64,000 bases of DNA. Source: Antedon mediterranea (lineage: Eukaryota > Animalia > Echinodermata). The stretch covers positions 8,551,812 to 8,615,811 of the forward strand of contig NC_092675.1 in the NCBI RefSeq assembly GCF_964355755.1, read 5' to 3'. This document shows, one piece after another, positions 23,468-38,800 of this stretch (position 1 is the first letter of the stretch; every line of letters begins with the position of its first letter). The notes beneath the pieces were generated by a model. The model did no database searches, was not told the origin of the DNA, and saw only the letters and a list, made by a program, of their open reading frames with translations. A program made the position numbers and the translations under genes.

Positions 23468-26400
23468 ATTTAAAATCTATAAAATAGAATAAATATTTTA
23501 ATGTTCAAGAACGTAAAAAATACAAATTTAAATTGATAGTATTTAGAACGACTCTCATGCGCAACCTTCCTCAAACTATGTAAATTACGCAATTACTAGG
23601 TTTATAGTTATTTAAATGGCATATGAGGCCCTGGAGATGACAAATTATATTTGTAAATATTATGCTTTGACATTCAACTGATTCCGGTCCTATGCAGGGG
23701 GTAAGATTAGTTCAGGTGGGAAGAAAGAAATGTTGCAGTGAAGATTTATAATAGGAACAGCTGTTTTAAGTGTTTTTGTTTTATTAAATTTGAAATACAT
23801 TCTGTACTACCAATATCACATTAAGAACACTCCTAAATCGTAAGCAAATATAAATCAAGATTTATGCCAAGTCTGCATGTTCTAAGAAAGCTTTCGAGAC
23901 AAAAAAGAAAGAAAACTGCTAGGTCTATTTAGTATTAATGTGAACGGCTGAATGTTGTTCATCTATCAACAAAGCTATTTTCATAAACTCCCAATCTCGT
24001 TCGATTTCCACATCTGAGCAAAACCTGTCTTCCAAGCTATTGATGGAATATAATATTTATTTTCCATATCATGAGTCTACATAATTTAATAAGAATTTAA
24101 GGCTTATAGTATTCATTTCAGCGTCGATGTCAACACAGGCCTAGAATACAGGCCTAGCTTTGCTATTCTATTCTGATGTATACGTACAAAAATGTACTAC
24201 ATAATTCCATAGAATTCTATAGAACATTTTGTAGAGATATTGTATTAAACAATTCTATAGAAATGTATTTCAAATTCAAATTCTATAGAAGTTATTTAGT
24301 GTATATAAGATTGTTCTTCTTTTCTATAGACATATTGCTAAATGGAATTTTTTCATGAATTAGTGATTATTATACATTATAATTTATAAACTTTTAATTC
24401 TTTGATAGAATTCTCATATTTGACATTTAGCTATGGGATTTATGATCATGTGATAAATTGGATACTGCTAATTACGTTTGTAAAAAGTAATACATTTTAA
24501 TCGATTTTTAAAAATATACAAGCAATTTGCGTGAAAAAAGGATTTTTCTATATCATTGAGAACAATAAGAGTAAGACCAAATGGCGCAGATCCGGGGGAC
24601 GAAGTACGTTACGTTTACTCTGAGATACAGTTATATAAAAAAAAACAGATAAATACTAACAACTAAAAACTAACAACAATAGCTACAATTCAGTGCCCGA
24701 ATGCCAGTTGGATAAAAGCTGTTACGAAACCTATTTGTACGAGAGATGATGGACCGCTACCATCTATCGCTATGTAACACCTAAAATGAGTTGAATCTTG
24801 GAATATAGAATGTGTTTTTGTTTTTCTTTTGCGAGAAGTTTGAGTAACTCATGAGCAACCAATCGAAAGCAACCTGCAGCTACTTTAACCTCTTTTCATG
24901 TTCATGAAGCTCCTCTATTACCGTCACAACTGTCATAAAATAAATATACGTTGCACCCCTGCGAATAGAAGTGTTAGTGTTATTACATGAATACGTAAGA
25001 ATGTGGTAAGTGAACGAACAATGAAATAAAAATAATCATAAGATAATAATATACCTGAAAATCATGTAGGCCTAAAGTAAAGTTGATTTCATTCTTTGTT
25101 GCGATTGTTACAACTATCTGAAATGTTAGTTTTTTCTAAAATCCATAGAACAGTAAGCTCCAACTAAGTAACAGTATGCCAGAGTATTTTCCTGATTATA
25201 TCCTGAAAGTGTATACCGTGATGATTTGTACTGATTTTAGACCAAGCGGATATTACACTTTTTATTACTAGCATATTATTACACCAAGAACATATCGAGG
25301 TATAAAAATAACCTTCTTTTCACAACTGATCTCGCTGAATGATATCAACGTATTGAATAATTGTATTGTCGTTCGTGCGCATGGTCTGTGTGTTGGTGAT
25401 CAATTTTAAGGCGGAGCATTAATCCCTTGTGTTCATACATGATGTTCATTGTGAGTTTTTTAGTATGGGTAATACTGTGGGTAATTATTACAAAAATAAA
25501 ATATTGCCTAAATATTAGCATCATTATTTAGAAATCAGTGGATACTTCATACAACCATTGCTCGGTTAAAACAATTCGTGGATGACATGTCTTATCGCAT
25601 AGATCGATCGAACATATCTGAAATGAATTTAGTTTTACCTTTATTAAACACCTTTATATTAATACCTCAACGCCAAAGAGAGGATCATGACGTTAGTACA
25701 AAAGTGAATTGTTATGAAAGGAAATTAAAATCAACATTTTAAATTGCTTTAAGGATAATGTAAACTGAAATGACTTCACTGATTATTATTAATGTTGATT
25801 AACATAATCGATGACTTACTTTCTATAATACATCTTTAAACAAATATTACTCTAATACTTTTATTATGTAATAACTAACAAATCAATCCAAGTTGGAGAA
25901 TGAGGATTCACAAATTAACTCACAAAATCCTATTACTTGTTTAATCCATTTCAATAAATTAATTTTGTTTGAACAAGTTTATCCGCTCGAAAAGAAGGGA
26001 AATAACAAAAGCAGATTGTCTGTGATACTTTAGGCAAAGTAATTCACTTAAAAGATGTATGTCAATACTAAAATATTCAGGCTTGTTCAAGGTTTCATAC
26101 ATTCACCTTATCTTTGAAGTAAATTCCAAACTATTTCGATATTGTAGTTATGTTGATTAAAAGGGGATAACACGACGTGTTTACGACAACACAATCAATA
26201 TTATTAACTTCAACAATGGGACAAGAGAAGTGAAGGCCGTACAGGCTTTATATCTGAATATGTCTCGACACTAACCTACTAACCAACCATTTAATTGTTA
26301 TAAAAATAATTACCTTTTGCTCACAAGTATTTATATGCTTTTTGGCAAATTCTTTCACTTGATATCACCATTTAGAAATGACTACTCTTAAAATTGTATG

Positions 26401-29400
26401 CATCTGAAAATCGGAACCATTAAATAGCAACAATGGTTGTACAGTTATTCCAACTGTCAAATTTATATTTGAATAAATAAAAGATCAACAAAAAATGCCT
26501 AAAATATATTTTAAACTTATAACATACTCTTTTAATAATACAGAGAAACATCGTGTTGAATTTGAAACTAACTGCTCACGGTCGGAATTCATTTATATTA
26601 TAAATTAAAAGATCGCAGAAAAGGTAACGTTTTCATTTGGAAATGTAAGATTACAAGGCTTGCCTTTGGTGAAAATTCCATTCATATTATTAACTCGCAT
26701 CACCATCGATAACATACTGTATTTTAATTAAGAATATGTAAACTTTTTAAAACTTCAACAACTTTTTAAGTGTTTTAGGCTATGCATTTTATCGAATTTT
26801 ACTCTTTAACTTCCAAATTGTAATCGCTTTTTAAACTGTTTTTTGTTATCGTACAAATATTTGCCAATCTTTAAAGAAGAATTTTGATTGTTATTTTATT
26901 ATGATAATGGACAAATAAAGCTTTTCAGTATTCAGTATTATGTATTTAGATATCTCGTCCACTTTCAACAAAATTTAGCATCACCTTTTAGTTGATAGGT
27001 AAATTAACGAGGGGAGGGGAGAAAATGTTACGGCAAAAATAATAATTGGTAGAGTGCTTAGGAAGGCAGAGAGGATGATCGGTGAGTACCAGAGGTCGGT
27101 GGAGTCCATCTCTGATGAGCTTCGCATTCAGTATATGAATTAACGCACCGAGTACCAATTACCAAGTAACTGATGTAAAGCGCGGCCGCTGACGAGGCCT
27201 ATAATAATTAATATCTTAGAAATTTGCGCTATAAAAGTGTTTCAAAAATAAAATAGTCGTGTTCTCACCTTACTAAAATTGACGTTCTGATAGCCTGAAT
27301 AAAAGGTTCGACCAAATGGAATGTATTTTTTTCACACACCTTATATGTGGAAAACGTAAACTTCAACTATACAACAAATATATTAAATCTCAAACCGGAA
27401 TAATAATAATAAAAAATATAACAAATAAAATATTATTTTGTATTGATTATTTATAATTATATTATAGGTCTACTTATAAACTTGAACAATCCAAAATAGG
27501 CCATCATAAATCTTGGGAGAATTACTCCAAATCCACACTTATGAACAATTAATTACACACTTAGAACAGATAAACCCAAAATATGTGAATTATTTAACAA
27601 ACTATCTTAAACTCAATACTACCAAGACTAAATCTATATATAAATTTACGTAAGGACAAAATTTAGTAACTTGCGCGTTACTTCTAGAATGTTTACTCGA
27701 TGGTATAATAAAGTTGGTTCGTACTTTCGATACTGATTTTAACCACCCAATGTAACCATGTTTACTAATTAAATGGAGTTAGATAATTAGTTATTGACAA
27801 TTAGAACGAATTTAGGTTCAACTTTTTGCCACAAATAGGGTGTTTTCCGATCGTGGTATACACTGTCCTAATTGATGTCAATCGTGAAAAATACCCGCAC
27901 ACAATAATACGAGGATGCTTTGAATTTAGCTATCTCCTTCTACGATAATTGTTTTTAAAAACCGATTGAACAGCTCGAGTGCACCATCATAATGTTGAAG
28001 ACAGGCCCCTTTAAAAAAACTATTTTGATAGATTTAACACCTTTAGATATTGTATTGCGATACTTTTTGACAATACTGTAAATACGTAATTTTTGGTCGC
28101 CATTTAATCGTAAATGTCTTACTGTGAGTGTGGGTACTGCTAGATATATAAACACATATACAAATAAGCTGTATTACTGTGAGTGTGGATAGGCCCTACT
28201 GTTAGATATATAAACACGTAATATACAAATAAACTGTATTTCTGACAGTTGCTTCTCAATTACAAAAAATATAAATGTCGTAGTGGTGTATCGTTACATG
28301 TTTACTATTTCAATTGACTATGACAGTGATAGTTTTAACAAAGTATTAAATCGCAAATGTTTTACCGTATTTAGTGGTATATTATTTATAGGCATATAAA
28401 ATATGAAAACATATTTCGTTACTGTGTTATATTCAAAACACAAATTGGGTTTGTTTAAGGAGTCCAAATAAAAAATTTGAACTCATTTTGTGACTAATTT
28501 TAGTTGGCTGCATAATTCATCGTGTCTATTTATTCGTTTCTGTAAGCGATAATGTTGTATATTCCTGCGGTACGTACATTTAAAAAACAGCCCATTTTTT
28601 AAACTCTAAAATGACTGTGTATTCGAAAAATATCTGTGGGCACGACATACTGTAGGTGGTACGCGAGCGAAGTACATCTATTCATCTCTTCATCCAAGAC
28701 TCATGGAATTGACATCCCTCATTAAGCCACACATCTAATTTAGACCACATAATAGAGCCTATCGCAATATTCCTTTGTTACTGTTATGTGGTACCAACCG
28801 TCTAATGGTTTTTATTTTATAGGAAATGTTCAGTCAAGTAGAAACCATGAAGCTATTAAATGGTTAATTTATATAGTGACGTTACTGGTGACATGGTTTA
28901 TTTTGTATTATTTCATTTTCTGTTTTACACGCTTGGGTTTTAAATAGTAATTTACATGTAAATAGATGTAGGCCTATTTGAAATATTTAAGGGTAAAAAT
29001 ATGGATAACATGAATGAATCCATTATATCCAAAGAATCAATGCGAGCACACGAGCCTGATCCCTAATTATTTGTTTCCCCTAGACTAGTGGGAGGTGCCA
29101 TTTTATCATAAATTGTATGGGCGAGAGTACAATGAACGGGAAGCTCGTACCCTAAGACCAGAACGCATAAATATTTTTGACTGTTAAGTGGGTGGGATTT
29201 GTTTGTTTTTTTAAACCATTATTTAGAAGATGAAAACAAGGTTCTTTTTATTGTCCATTTAATAAAAACATTAAGAAAAGTATTTGTGTGATTTAAATGT
29301 AAAAATTATTATTATTGTTTTAAACAAAGAAATAAATTTAAGCCTTTTGCAGCTTATAAAAATACGTATATATCCGAAAATAGACTTTGGATCGGAGGTC

Positions 29401-30054
29401 CTTGTTTATTCAAATAAAATAAATTCCTATTGCTAGATTCTTAAACCAATATCAACCTGTACAATTAATGAGTGGATGATTCATAGCTAAATCAGGAAAC
29501 CCAAGTTCCTCAATGTTTTAAATAATCATGTAGCGCAGATATTAAATTAAAATTAGATAATGATATTGATATCCGTCCATCGATGTGTATTAAAAACAGT
29601 AAAAAGTAAATGCGTTATGCATATAACGTCGTTAGAGGACTAGCTCATTGGGTGTGAACAGGAACGGCACTGATCGGTTATTAAAAGTTCTACACTGGCA
29701 TTTAGTACAGGTTTTTGTTTTAAATGTGTTTATTGTGTTGTTTCTATACACCTTTTATAATTAAGTTAAACCGAGATATGGTCACTTTTAAGTACAGTCG
29801 ACATCGTTCCTCTATGATTCCACCCGACTATTTGTTCAACGATCTAAAAGTAAAGCTGCTGTGATGAGCCATTTCTGTCATCGCTCCGCGCCTCTGGAAC
29901 GCACATCATCTGGAACGCGCATTCAGTTGATTTTAGATGAACGAATTCTGTACATTTATTTAAACGCCATCTTGGTTTTTATCCAAAATTTTTAATTACT
30001 TAAAAGTATTGTTAGGCGCTCTGTTCTTGGTAGGGTGGCCTACAAAAAATAACA

Positions 30055-30175
30055 TAATGAAAATTAAAAGAATGATAATGATGATAATAATAATGATACT
30101 AATGATGGTAACGGCAACGGCAACATCAACAACAACATCATTAATAACAATAATATATATAATATTAATAATTCA
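30055..30175. repeat. Degenerate trinucleotide (ATA/ATG/ACA) low-complexity tract
   Basis: ATGATAATGATGATAATAATAATG..CAACATCAACAACAACATC. Confidence 0.7.
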
Positions 30176-31959
30176 TTTCATTTATTTTACTTTTATTTCG
30201 GAAACGTAGTGTAGTTACAAAATCAATTGCATAAATAAGTTTAAATAAAAAAGGCAGACACAAAAAAAAAACACCGGTATCAGATCATCTCATTATTATT
30301 AATAATAATAATTGTAGATTAATTCCAATTTGCCACCTTTTATTCCAGTTCTTATATCTACCACCATCGTGTGATATTCTCTTGAACCTCTACTGTACAG
30401 CACCTTCACTTCCTTTAGGTCATGAGCGATCTCTTCCATTTCTTTGTTTTCTTTCCACAAAGAAAGTTATAGAATCATTTTCATGTTACATTGGTGTTTG
30501 TTTCTCTTGGCCTCTTATCTTATTCAACAAACATTAACATTGTTTTTACCAAATGTATGCAGATACAATCAATTCATTTCTATCTTTTTTACGCCATTAG
30601 GTAATCCTGTTATCTCTTCTCTTCCATCTCAGGGAGAAAGGGATCTATTTTGACTGTCGGTATATAAACTTTAAGTGGATATTTGCTTCGGTAATCACTA
30701 AATTGAAAAAAATCAGATTTTCAAAAAAAACATTTAATTCCTTTAAATAAGATATAAACAAAATATACGTTTTCTCTTTTTATATATAATATAGAAACAA
30801 ACCCCACAATAGTAATAAGCGAAATGAGAAGAATAGAGTTAATTACTGATTGATAAATTTAAATAAATTAATTTAAAAAAAAGTTCAAATAGACAGTAAA
30901 ATAATATATTTTGTCTCAAAAATAATTAAATATAAATTGCTTATATCAACAACTAAAAATTTATTTTAATTTAAGGCAATTAAAGCAACAGAATGCAGAA
31001 AAGATGTGTCATTTTCGAAAAGACCGTCAAGCTTTTAAAAAAACATTATACAAACAAATTAATATCTAAAAATAAAGTAGTTATCTTTAGAATCAATGTT
31101 TTTGAACACATTTAGGCCAACGAATGAAGCGTACGTTAAACATCAGTGCAATGGTACATGGTTGTGGAAGATGCCATCAAATTGAAGATCTGCTATGGTA
31201 TTGCTGACGATTATAGTTAAATTGAAGGTGGTCATTAAAGAGAACAAAGCGGTTAAATACTATATCATGAAAAATATCAATATCAGAAATTTAAGTATAT
31301 TTTAAAGTAAATAAAGGGCTAGATATGATCATAACAAGCCCTTTTTAAAGTGTAAAATAACCTTTTTTTTTAGAATTTGTTCTAATACAATAACTAATGT
31401 ATTAGTGGAAAGAGAGTAATGGGGTAAAAAGTTGGACATTTAATGAATAGACCATATCATATTTCAGAAGCCTGTTGGTCAACCTGGACACCTAGATATA
31501 TTGCAGAATTTTTAATGTATCACTTCGTACATATGTCATTATAAGCATTATTTTATAGCAAAAAAAGATATTATGTTGGTATTTTGACTGGATAATTGTT
31601 ACCGTGTGATAAATTTAAATATATACTTAGCCTACATATTTCATCTATTAAGTAGGCTTACTGAACTACACTTAACTATAATATGTAGACAAGTTCGGAA
31701 CTTCTAGATGATGTATTTTGAATTCATAAAACAGATCTACTACTATAATCAAATTAAATTGTTCGTGTTGAACAGTTGGTTTATCAACAATCATCAAGAT
31801 TAAACTTGTCACCTTTGAACTTTTCTAACACAATACAACGTTTTACGATTTTAACTACCACAGGAAGCAGATGTATTGTTAGGTTAACCATAACACCTCC
31901 ACACTGTCAACTACCCTTTGTGTTAACAAAGCGAAGATGATTTAGCAGATTTATTCAAT

Positions 31960-33420
31960 TCAGTGGCATTTTAAATTGAAATTCCGAAGTATATAGAGAC
32001 AGCTTAACAAATACAGAACAGCAAATAATAAATAATAACAATCCGTATCTCATTGTTTGAATTAGTAAATCAATTAAAAATATTCTTATAACTTTCCAAC
32101 ATATTAATGAGTAGGTGATCCTTTTAGAATTGAACAGATCCTTGTGTCTAAAAGAAAGTTGGAAGAAAGAATGTTTGGATGAGAGAAAGGTGCGCGTTTT
32201 GTGTGTAGAGGAACTGTTTGCAATTGTGCCCGGCAGACCCAGCAGCCTATTGGCCTTTAACAAAAAAATCACAATAGGAATTGACACTTTCAATACCAAC
32301 CTCTTGAACAGAGTAGGAAAAAATAATAGGTTTTTTCTTAAGGAAGCAGGAAAGGCATTTCTTAGACCTCAGGGACATTTTCCAGTCACAGACCAAACCA
32401 TCCAGTTTATCCAGATCCTCCTGAAAGGCAATGGAATCCTCGATGGTGATAATGATTTATAAATCTTGAGGTCATCAGCGAAGACAAGGCAGTTGGAATT
32501 TGGAAAAATATTAGGAATTTCGTTTACAAACACATTAAATAGTAAGGGGTCGAGAATAGAACCTTGAGGTACGCCACATTGAAACATTAGAGGATTTGAT
32601 ATAGCTCTATCGATAACAACTCTATGCAGTCTACCATCAAGATAACTAGTGATGGTATGGACACATAATCGGATTACCGGATGATACCCCAACCAAACAA
32701 ACAATGAAGGAAACTAACAGAAAAGTAAAACGACCCGTAGGAAGACCAAGAAATAACTGTATGAACCAAATAAATAATATAATAATAAATAATAACAAAC
32801 CATCCTGCCATAAACAGACACAAATGGAAACAAATTGTGGAAAGAAAGCGTAATGTCGGAAGACGGAAAACGTTCAGAAAAAGAAGATGCTAAATAATGA
32901 TGGGATAATTTATCAAATGCTTTACTAAAGTCAGTGTAGATTATATCAGTACACTGCTTTTTTGTTTCAATAGCTTCATACACGGTAGAGAGGAGCGTGG
33001 CAAGATTTGTTTTGCACGATCTACCGGGCATGAAACCATGGGATAATGGGAGATACATGACGTAGTAATTGCTTGTTAACAATTCTTTCACGAATTTTAG
33101 GGATTGTAGGGATATTGATCTGTAATTTGAACTTTTAATTTGGAGCCATTTTTGTGTATTGGGACGATATTGGAAATTGTCCACATGTTTGGAAAGCACC
33201 AGATGAGATGGAAACATTACAAATATTTGTAATGGGTGAAGATAAGGTACAAGAACAAAATTTAAGAATATGAATACTAATTGGAACTTTCAACTGCCTT
33301 ATCAACACTGATGGACCTCAAGAGATGTTCGCATTTGCGTAAAAAGATGACATTCTCTTCGTGACAAACATGTTACTAGCACTACAATAACATTCTCAAT
33401 GAGTTCTTATAGCACACCTC
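31960..33420 (-). mobile_element. Degenerate LINE reverse transcriptase (CR1/Jockey-like)
   Basis: Minus-strand fragments NYRSISL, HGFMPGRSCKTNL, DIIYTDFSKAFDKL, GVPQGSILDPLLFNVFVNE and VFADDLKIY. Unrelated sequence interrupts at ~32670-32895. Confidence 0.85.
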
Positions 33421-33929
33421 CAGATTATGTAACGACTGAATAAAAGCACATAGACACGACTTTTGGGAGAGCTATATTTAACTTTGAATTCAACAAATCG
33501 AAACAATGAACAGCATTTAAACGACAGTAACAGCCCACCTAAATAGGAAAATAGATAAATTGAATTTAACATATTGAATTATAACATAACATGTAGTTCA
33601 TAGTAATTGATATCATAAAAAAACATACTAATACACAACATAAGGTATATAAGAATAAATAAGATAATAACTTAGTCAAATAAAATAAAATATGTTGTGA
33701 ACATTACAATTAGGCCTATTTATAACACAACAGCATTGACATAGTTTAGATTTAGCCAATGACTTACAGGATTTGTCCATTAAAGATTTACTTCTTGAAG
33801 TGAATGTACAATAATTTGTTATTAAGTATTTTCTACGAAATGTTATATAATTGCAAAATATATTATCATATGATAATTCTATTGTGACATGTATATAAAT
33901 ATCTGAATACATTCTTACTTAGTCCAACA

Positions 33930-34250
33930 CATCTGCTCGTGTGAGGGCGGGCACCTATGATTCTGCACATTATTATTTGCGAGTGCTCACAAAATTAATC
34001 AATCGATATTATTGATCTTTGCCTTGATATTGTTGGTTTGGTTAAACACATATCGGTTGTCGTGTCCTGTGATTGGCGCTGCCCTGGGAAAACAGTTGCA
34101 ATAGTAGTGGTAGGTTTCTGTAAAAACAAAAGATTTGTTTATTATTCTATAGTTTTATAGCTAGCTAGGCTTAGCTAGGTAGAAAGAAGGCGTTTATAAA
34201 GTTACATCCAATTCCCCGGCCATCCAAGCTAGGCTTTATTTTAGAGTTAT
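33930..34250 (+). promoter_or_regulatory. Candidate promoter / non-coding first exon of the ACSL gene
   Basis: GC box-like GGGCGG at ~33946, reverse CCAAT (GATTGG) at ~34071, candidate donor GTAGGT at ~34110, then CTAG-rich sequence. The first coding exon has an acceptor just before its ATG, so an upstream UTR exon is expected. Confidence 0.3.
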
Positions 34251-34692
34251 AGCGATGTTTCACGGAGCATTGTTTGGGTCATGGTCCTGGAGGTATAATA
34301 CCTCCATCCCCTAAGTTCCAACTCTACTACGACACCAAACAAACGGAACGGAACCAAACGGAAACAAACGAGGCTCAGAATGTTGCAAATTACCTACCAA
34401 ACGAGAGTAGATAATTGTTAATTAATTATAAAAACGTTATAGCAAAAATCAATCGAATTTATGTTAAAAACGATATTAGCAACAAAAACTGAAATCAAAC
34501 GAGAGTATCTATGGCACGCCTATAGTGCCTATAATAGGAGAACAATGAGTTCAAAATTGGTTCATAATTCACAACACAAATTAAAAACAAGAAATATTTC
34601 TTACAAAAAACGCTGCTCATTTGAATGTGTCATTTTATTGTCACACAATAGTTATTTTACCTGAAAAAAAATTAATTTAAAACAACAAATAC

Positions 34693-35245
34693 TTAAAGAT
34701 GTATTGTCCCTTTGACTAATTCCCAAAAAATTTTTTTTTTTTTATTTCGAAAAAAAGTGGGTCATTTTGAAGTATCATAATAGTTATTAACTTTCACATA
34801 AAATTAGTAAAAAAAAAAATAATTTAACCGAAATACAGATGTTTTTTTGTTCAAAAAATAACTTTGACTTCCAGTCAAAGTTTTCAATCAAAACATATCC
34901 CATAATGCAATGCACTTGTTTGGCTACTCTGTTTGCATAATCATAAAACTTCCTCGCGATCTGTGTGAAAACACCTTCTCAACCGTGATGAGTTGTAAAC
35001 AATCCTAATTAGCATCATGCATAATGCATACTCATGGTTTGAAATCTTTGTTTACTTTCGCTTGCGACGATTTCTCAGATGAAATGTAATCTAATTAATT
35101 TACCTGTTAATTACGTAAACTGTTGTTTTTGGCTCGAATTTTCGACTTAAAGTGAATAACTTTAATATTACTTTGGTATGGCCAATTTAAATTTAGAATA
35201 TTTTTTTTTTCCTTTTTTGTGTTTCAAGGGACAATACATCTTTAA
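34693..35245. mobile_element. TTAA-flanked MITE (Kolobok-like), copy 1
   Basis: TTAA-AGATGTATTGTCCC ... GGGACAATACATCT-TTAA. Confidence 0.85.
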
Positions 35246-35354
35246 ATTGTCTGTCAGACAATTGTTTTGGGGTTTCTTTTCTCTTTTTATATGTGAAAAA
35301 ATATAATTTTTGTTTACAGAAGTGAATACTCAATTTCTGTCACTTTAGTTAATT

Positions 35355-35740
35355 TTATTGCCAAGGTCAAGTCTGGGGGTCACTTCATCACACTAGATAT
35401 TCCAAGTGTGAAGTATCATATTACAAACACAAACTTTAATGGACTGTTTTGATAATAATTCAATGAATATCTGACAGTGAATTACAGTCAAAAGTCAGTA
35501 TTATAGTCAAATGGGATAAATACCAGAAATGCTTTGAGATTTGTAATTTTAGCCTAATAGACTCTTTTCCAAGACGTTTTTTGGGTCTAGTAGCTGGAAT
35601 CTATAAATTATAGTGGAGTTTCCATTTTCGCAAAACTGTCGTCCTTAGATACTGTACTATATCTGCTGCTTGCTTTAGCTTCTGATTGAGTAGTCCTAAT
35701 GGGACGTAGCGGGCTAGAGCAGCAGCATGAAAAAAAAAAT
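35355..35740 (+). repeat. Dispersed ~380-bp repeat, copy A
   Basis: AAGGTCAAGTCTGGGGGTCACTTCATCAC..GACGTAGCGGGCTAGAGCAGCAGC recurs colinearly at 40180-40520. Confidence 0.85.
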
Positions 35741-35837
35741 TAACATGAGCCGAAATATAAATATGCTTCCTCTGCTTTCATTATTTAATTGATTATATTT
35801 TGAATTTTTTTTATATCTTGGATGTTTGTTGCAGGCA

Positions 35838-38800
35838 ATGTCTGTAGAAGATATCCTTAGTTTCCTTGGTAACAAGTCAACTGTTTTAGCAGTTGGTGCT
35901 GTTGCGTTGTCTTCATCTTATTACTTAGCTACAAGACCATCCCCTGTAAAGCCGGTCATTGACCTCAACAAACAGTCTTTAGTATTGGAGGTAATTAATA
36001 TTTTGTTTTGTCAAGTTTTATATTATAATGTATTTTATTTGAATTGACAGAGGACTCTTTAATAACAATTCTTTTTTAATGAAGACTTTAAAGATGGTTA
36101 ATAAAATAATGTAAGGTAGGCCTATAGTATGCATTTATTGGTTTTAGGGAGAGGTCGGGTGGTAATTACTTTGCAAATTCTGGCCAAAACCTGTCCGGCC
36201 GCACTCAATTTGGCTTCCAAAATTTATTTAGGCTATTTGTGTACTACATCTATTTATTCTTTTGTGTGCTTTTGTTTTACCATCTTCATGAACCCCATGA
36301 TGTTAATTAACTATGAATGACTTTACTGATAATTAATTAATTAAAATCCACATAAAGTAATATTTATATTAATATAACAATATTGAATTTAGGCAATATC
36401 AATCCTGTTCATGTGATAAAGTAATATTTATATTAATATAACAATATTGAATTTAGGCAATATCAATCCTGTTCATGTGATTTTGTGGCAGGCTAAAATT
36501 TATGTTATGTCTGTAGAATATTAGCCTGTGTTCTGGTAACATGTTATCATGCACATATGGTAGGATAGTATCTAATGCCTAATTTTGTTATTTTATTTCT
36601 TTAAATGAAGGTCTGGAATTTTAAACCACTAAAAACAGAAAGAATTTCACGATTAGATTTGTATCAGGCACTAAAGTAACAATAATTGACCACTAATGTA
36701 AAACTAATATTACCTACTAATAATAAAATAAACCACTATTGCAAAATCTTAACCAACAACAACAGTTTAAACACTAACAAACAAACTATTCATTTAAACT
36801 AAAATTTAACATTCAAGAGAAAAAAAGAGGGAATTGATAGGGAAACAAGGCTTGCCGGTACGGGGCGCCGTATGGGACAAAGCTAATTTTGTCGAAATAT
36901 TACAATTTTGTAATTCATTTTGTATTGACAAAATTCATTTTGTGTTGACAAAATTTATTCTGTGTGGACAAAATTAATTTTGTCTTGACAAAATTCATTT
37001 TGTCTTGACAAAATTAATTCTGTGTAGACAAAATTAATTCTGTGTTGACAAAATTCATTTTGTGGCGACAAAATGTATTCTGTGTAGACAAAATTTATTC
37101 TGTGTAGACAAAATTCATTCTGTGTAGACAAAATTCATTCTGTGTAGACAAAATTCATTTTGTTGCAACAAAATTTATTTTGTCGCGACAAAATAAATTT
37201 TGTTAGCCGAGCCTACTCAAGCGTGGGACAAAACGTTTTAACATTTAAATTAGAAGGCGGCGTTGTTATTGGAAACTCGAAGATTGACAGTTATAGGCCT
37301 ACGATCAAACAGCTCGCGAATATCATTTTACGACCTCCTCTACACCGGTGAACTTGAATACTTTGCGTCGAGTATAAGTACAGTTTATACTGACGTATAA
37401 CAATATTATTGTATACTTAAAATTAATTCCGATTCAGCAAAACGGAACACGTAGCCCTCCCGGGTAGCCCTATGCCTACCAATTTTGGTAATAAATATTA
37501 AAGATGGTTGAAGATTTATATCGATACCGATAATATTGATAAAGAAAATGACAACACTATTTACGATAACATCTGATAAGTTGAGTAGTAATGAAATGAT
37601 TTTAGTTAATACATTTATTTTAATATAATAGTTAGTATAGGCCTATTTATTCTTATGGGAATTGCGTCGTCTATATAGGCCTACCAAGTTTATTTGATAG
37701 GAATACTAAATTGCTAATAGGCCTAACTCAGGGGAACAAAACTATGATATATCTCTTAAGACATATATTAATTGTCTCTAATTGGAATAATAGAGATATC
37801 TTTATTGAAAAGATATCTTGGTTATAACAGGGATATATCTCTATTGGAACCTAAGATCTATATTTTAAACTAACTACATCTATTAAAAACTAAGATATTT
37901 TAGTTGCCTAAATAAATGACAGTTTGGTACGCCATGATTATGATATTGCAAATTGCATATTATTATATATTTACACCCTCGAAAGATATAATTCAACTTT
38001 GACCAAATAGTTATATGGGTGTTCACACAACTGACATATGGCGCCACTCAAGTATCCATTCCCATGGCAGTGTATATAATCTTTCCACCTTCTCCATGAT
38101 TGATTTTATTTATTATACATTGCTAATTGCAAATAATTGTTTATAGGTTTACATTGTTCTTTGTACTTTTAATGTACGTATTCAGTCTTTGCCTGGCTTG
38201 ATAAGATTGATGTTAAATAAAAATGCATTTTCCACTAATAAAATATGGAATTGTATCGAGAAAGTATTGTAATTTCGGGCAGAATGGTTTTCGGTCTGGA
38301 AAGGTCATTATTACACTGTCTGGGGTGTTGATATTTATACATCAAATGTTCGAATCGAATCGAATAGCCCCATTATTGAAGCTTTACCTGAAGAGGTCCT
38401 AGACAACTTGCGTAATCTTGGAGAAGCCCAGACCCTCAGTCAAACCAGAATGGTTTTCGGTCTGGAAAGGTCATTATTACACTGTCTGGGGTGTTGATAT
38501 TTATACATTGAATGTTTTATGGCCAATCAGTCCTGAACCTAGCCAACGTAGGCTACCTGGCCTACTTACTACTGTAGGTTAAAGGTTATTAGGTTTCGCA
38601 GGGTGGATGACTGTTATAATAAAACTAACGTGAGCAATCTTTTGTAGTCAGTTCTTTAAATTTTTTTTTTCAAATAACGGACAGCTAGCTTTCAGCATCA
38701 TTATTTCTGCAATGATTATTATTATCTTAAAGATATATTGTCACATGAAAAAAATGTTTTTTTAAATCTTTTTGTTGAATATGTTATTTTAATGTCACAT

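Noticed and set aside
24200-24340. TTCTATAGAA palindromic repeats as a regulatory array
   Set aside because: Too degenerate to define. They are more likely the decayed subrepeats of a transposon end.
30009-30209. Hydrophobic 66-aa ORF resembling a membrane peptide
   Set aside because: Product of a trinucleotide low-complexity tract.
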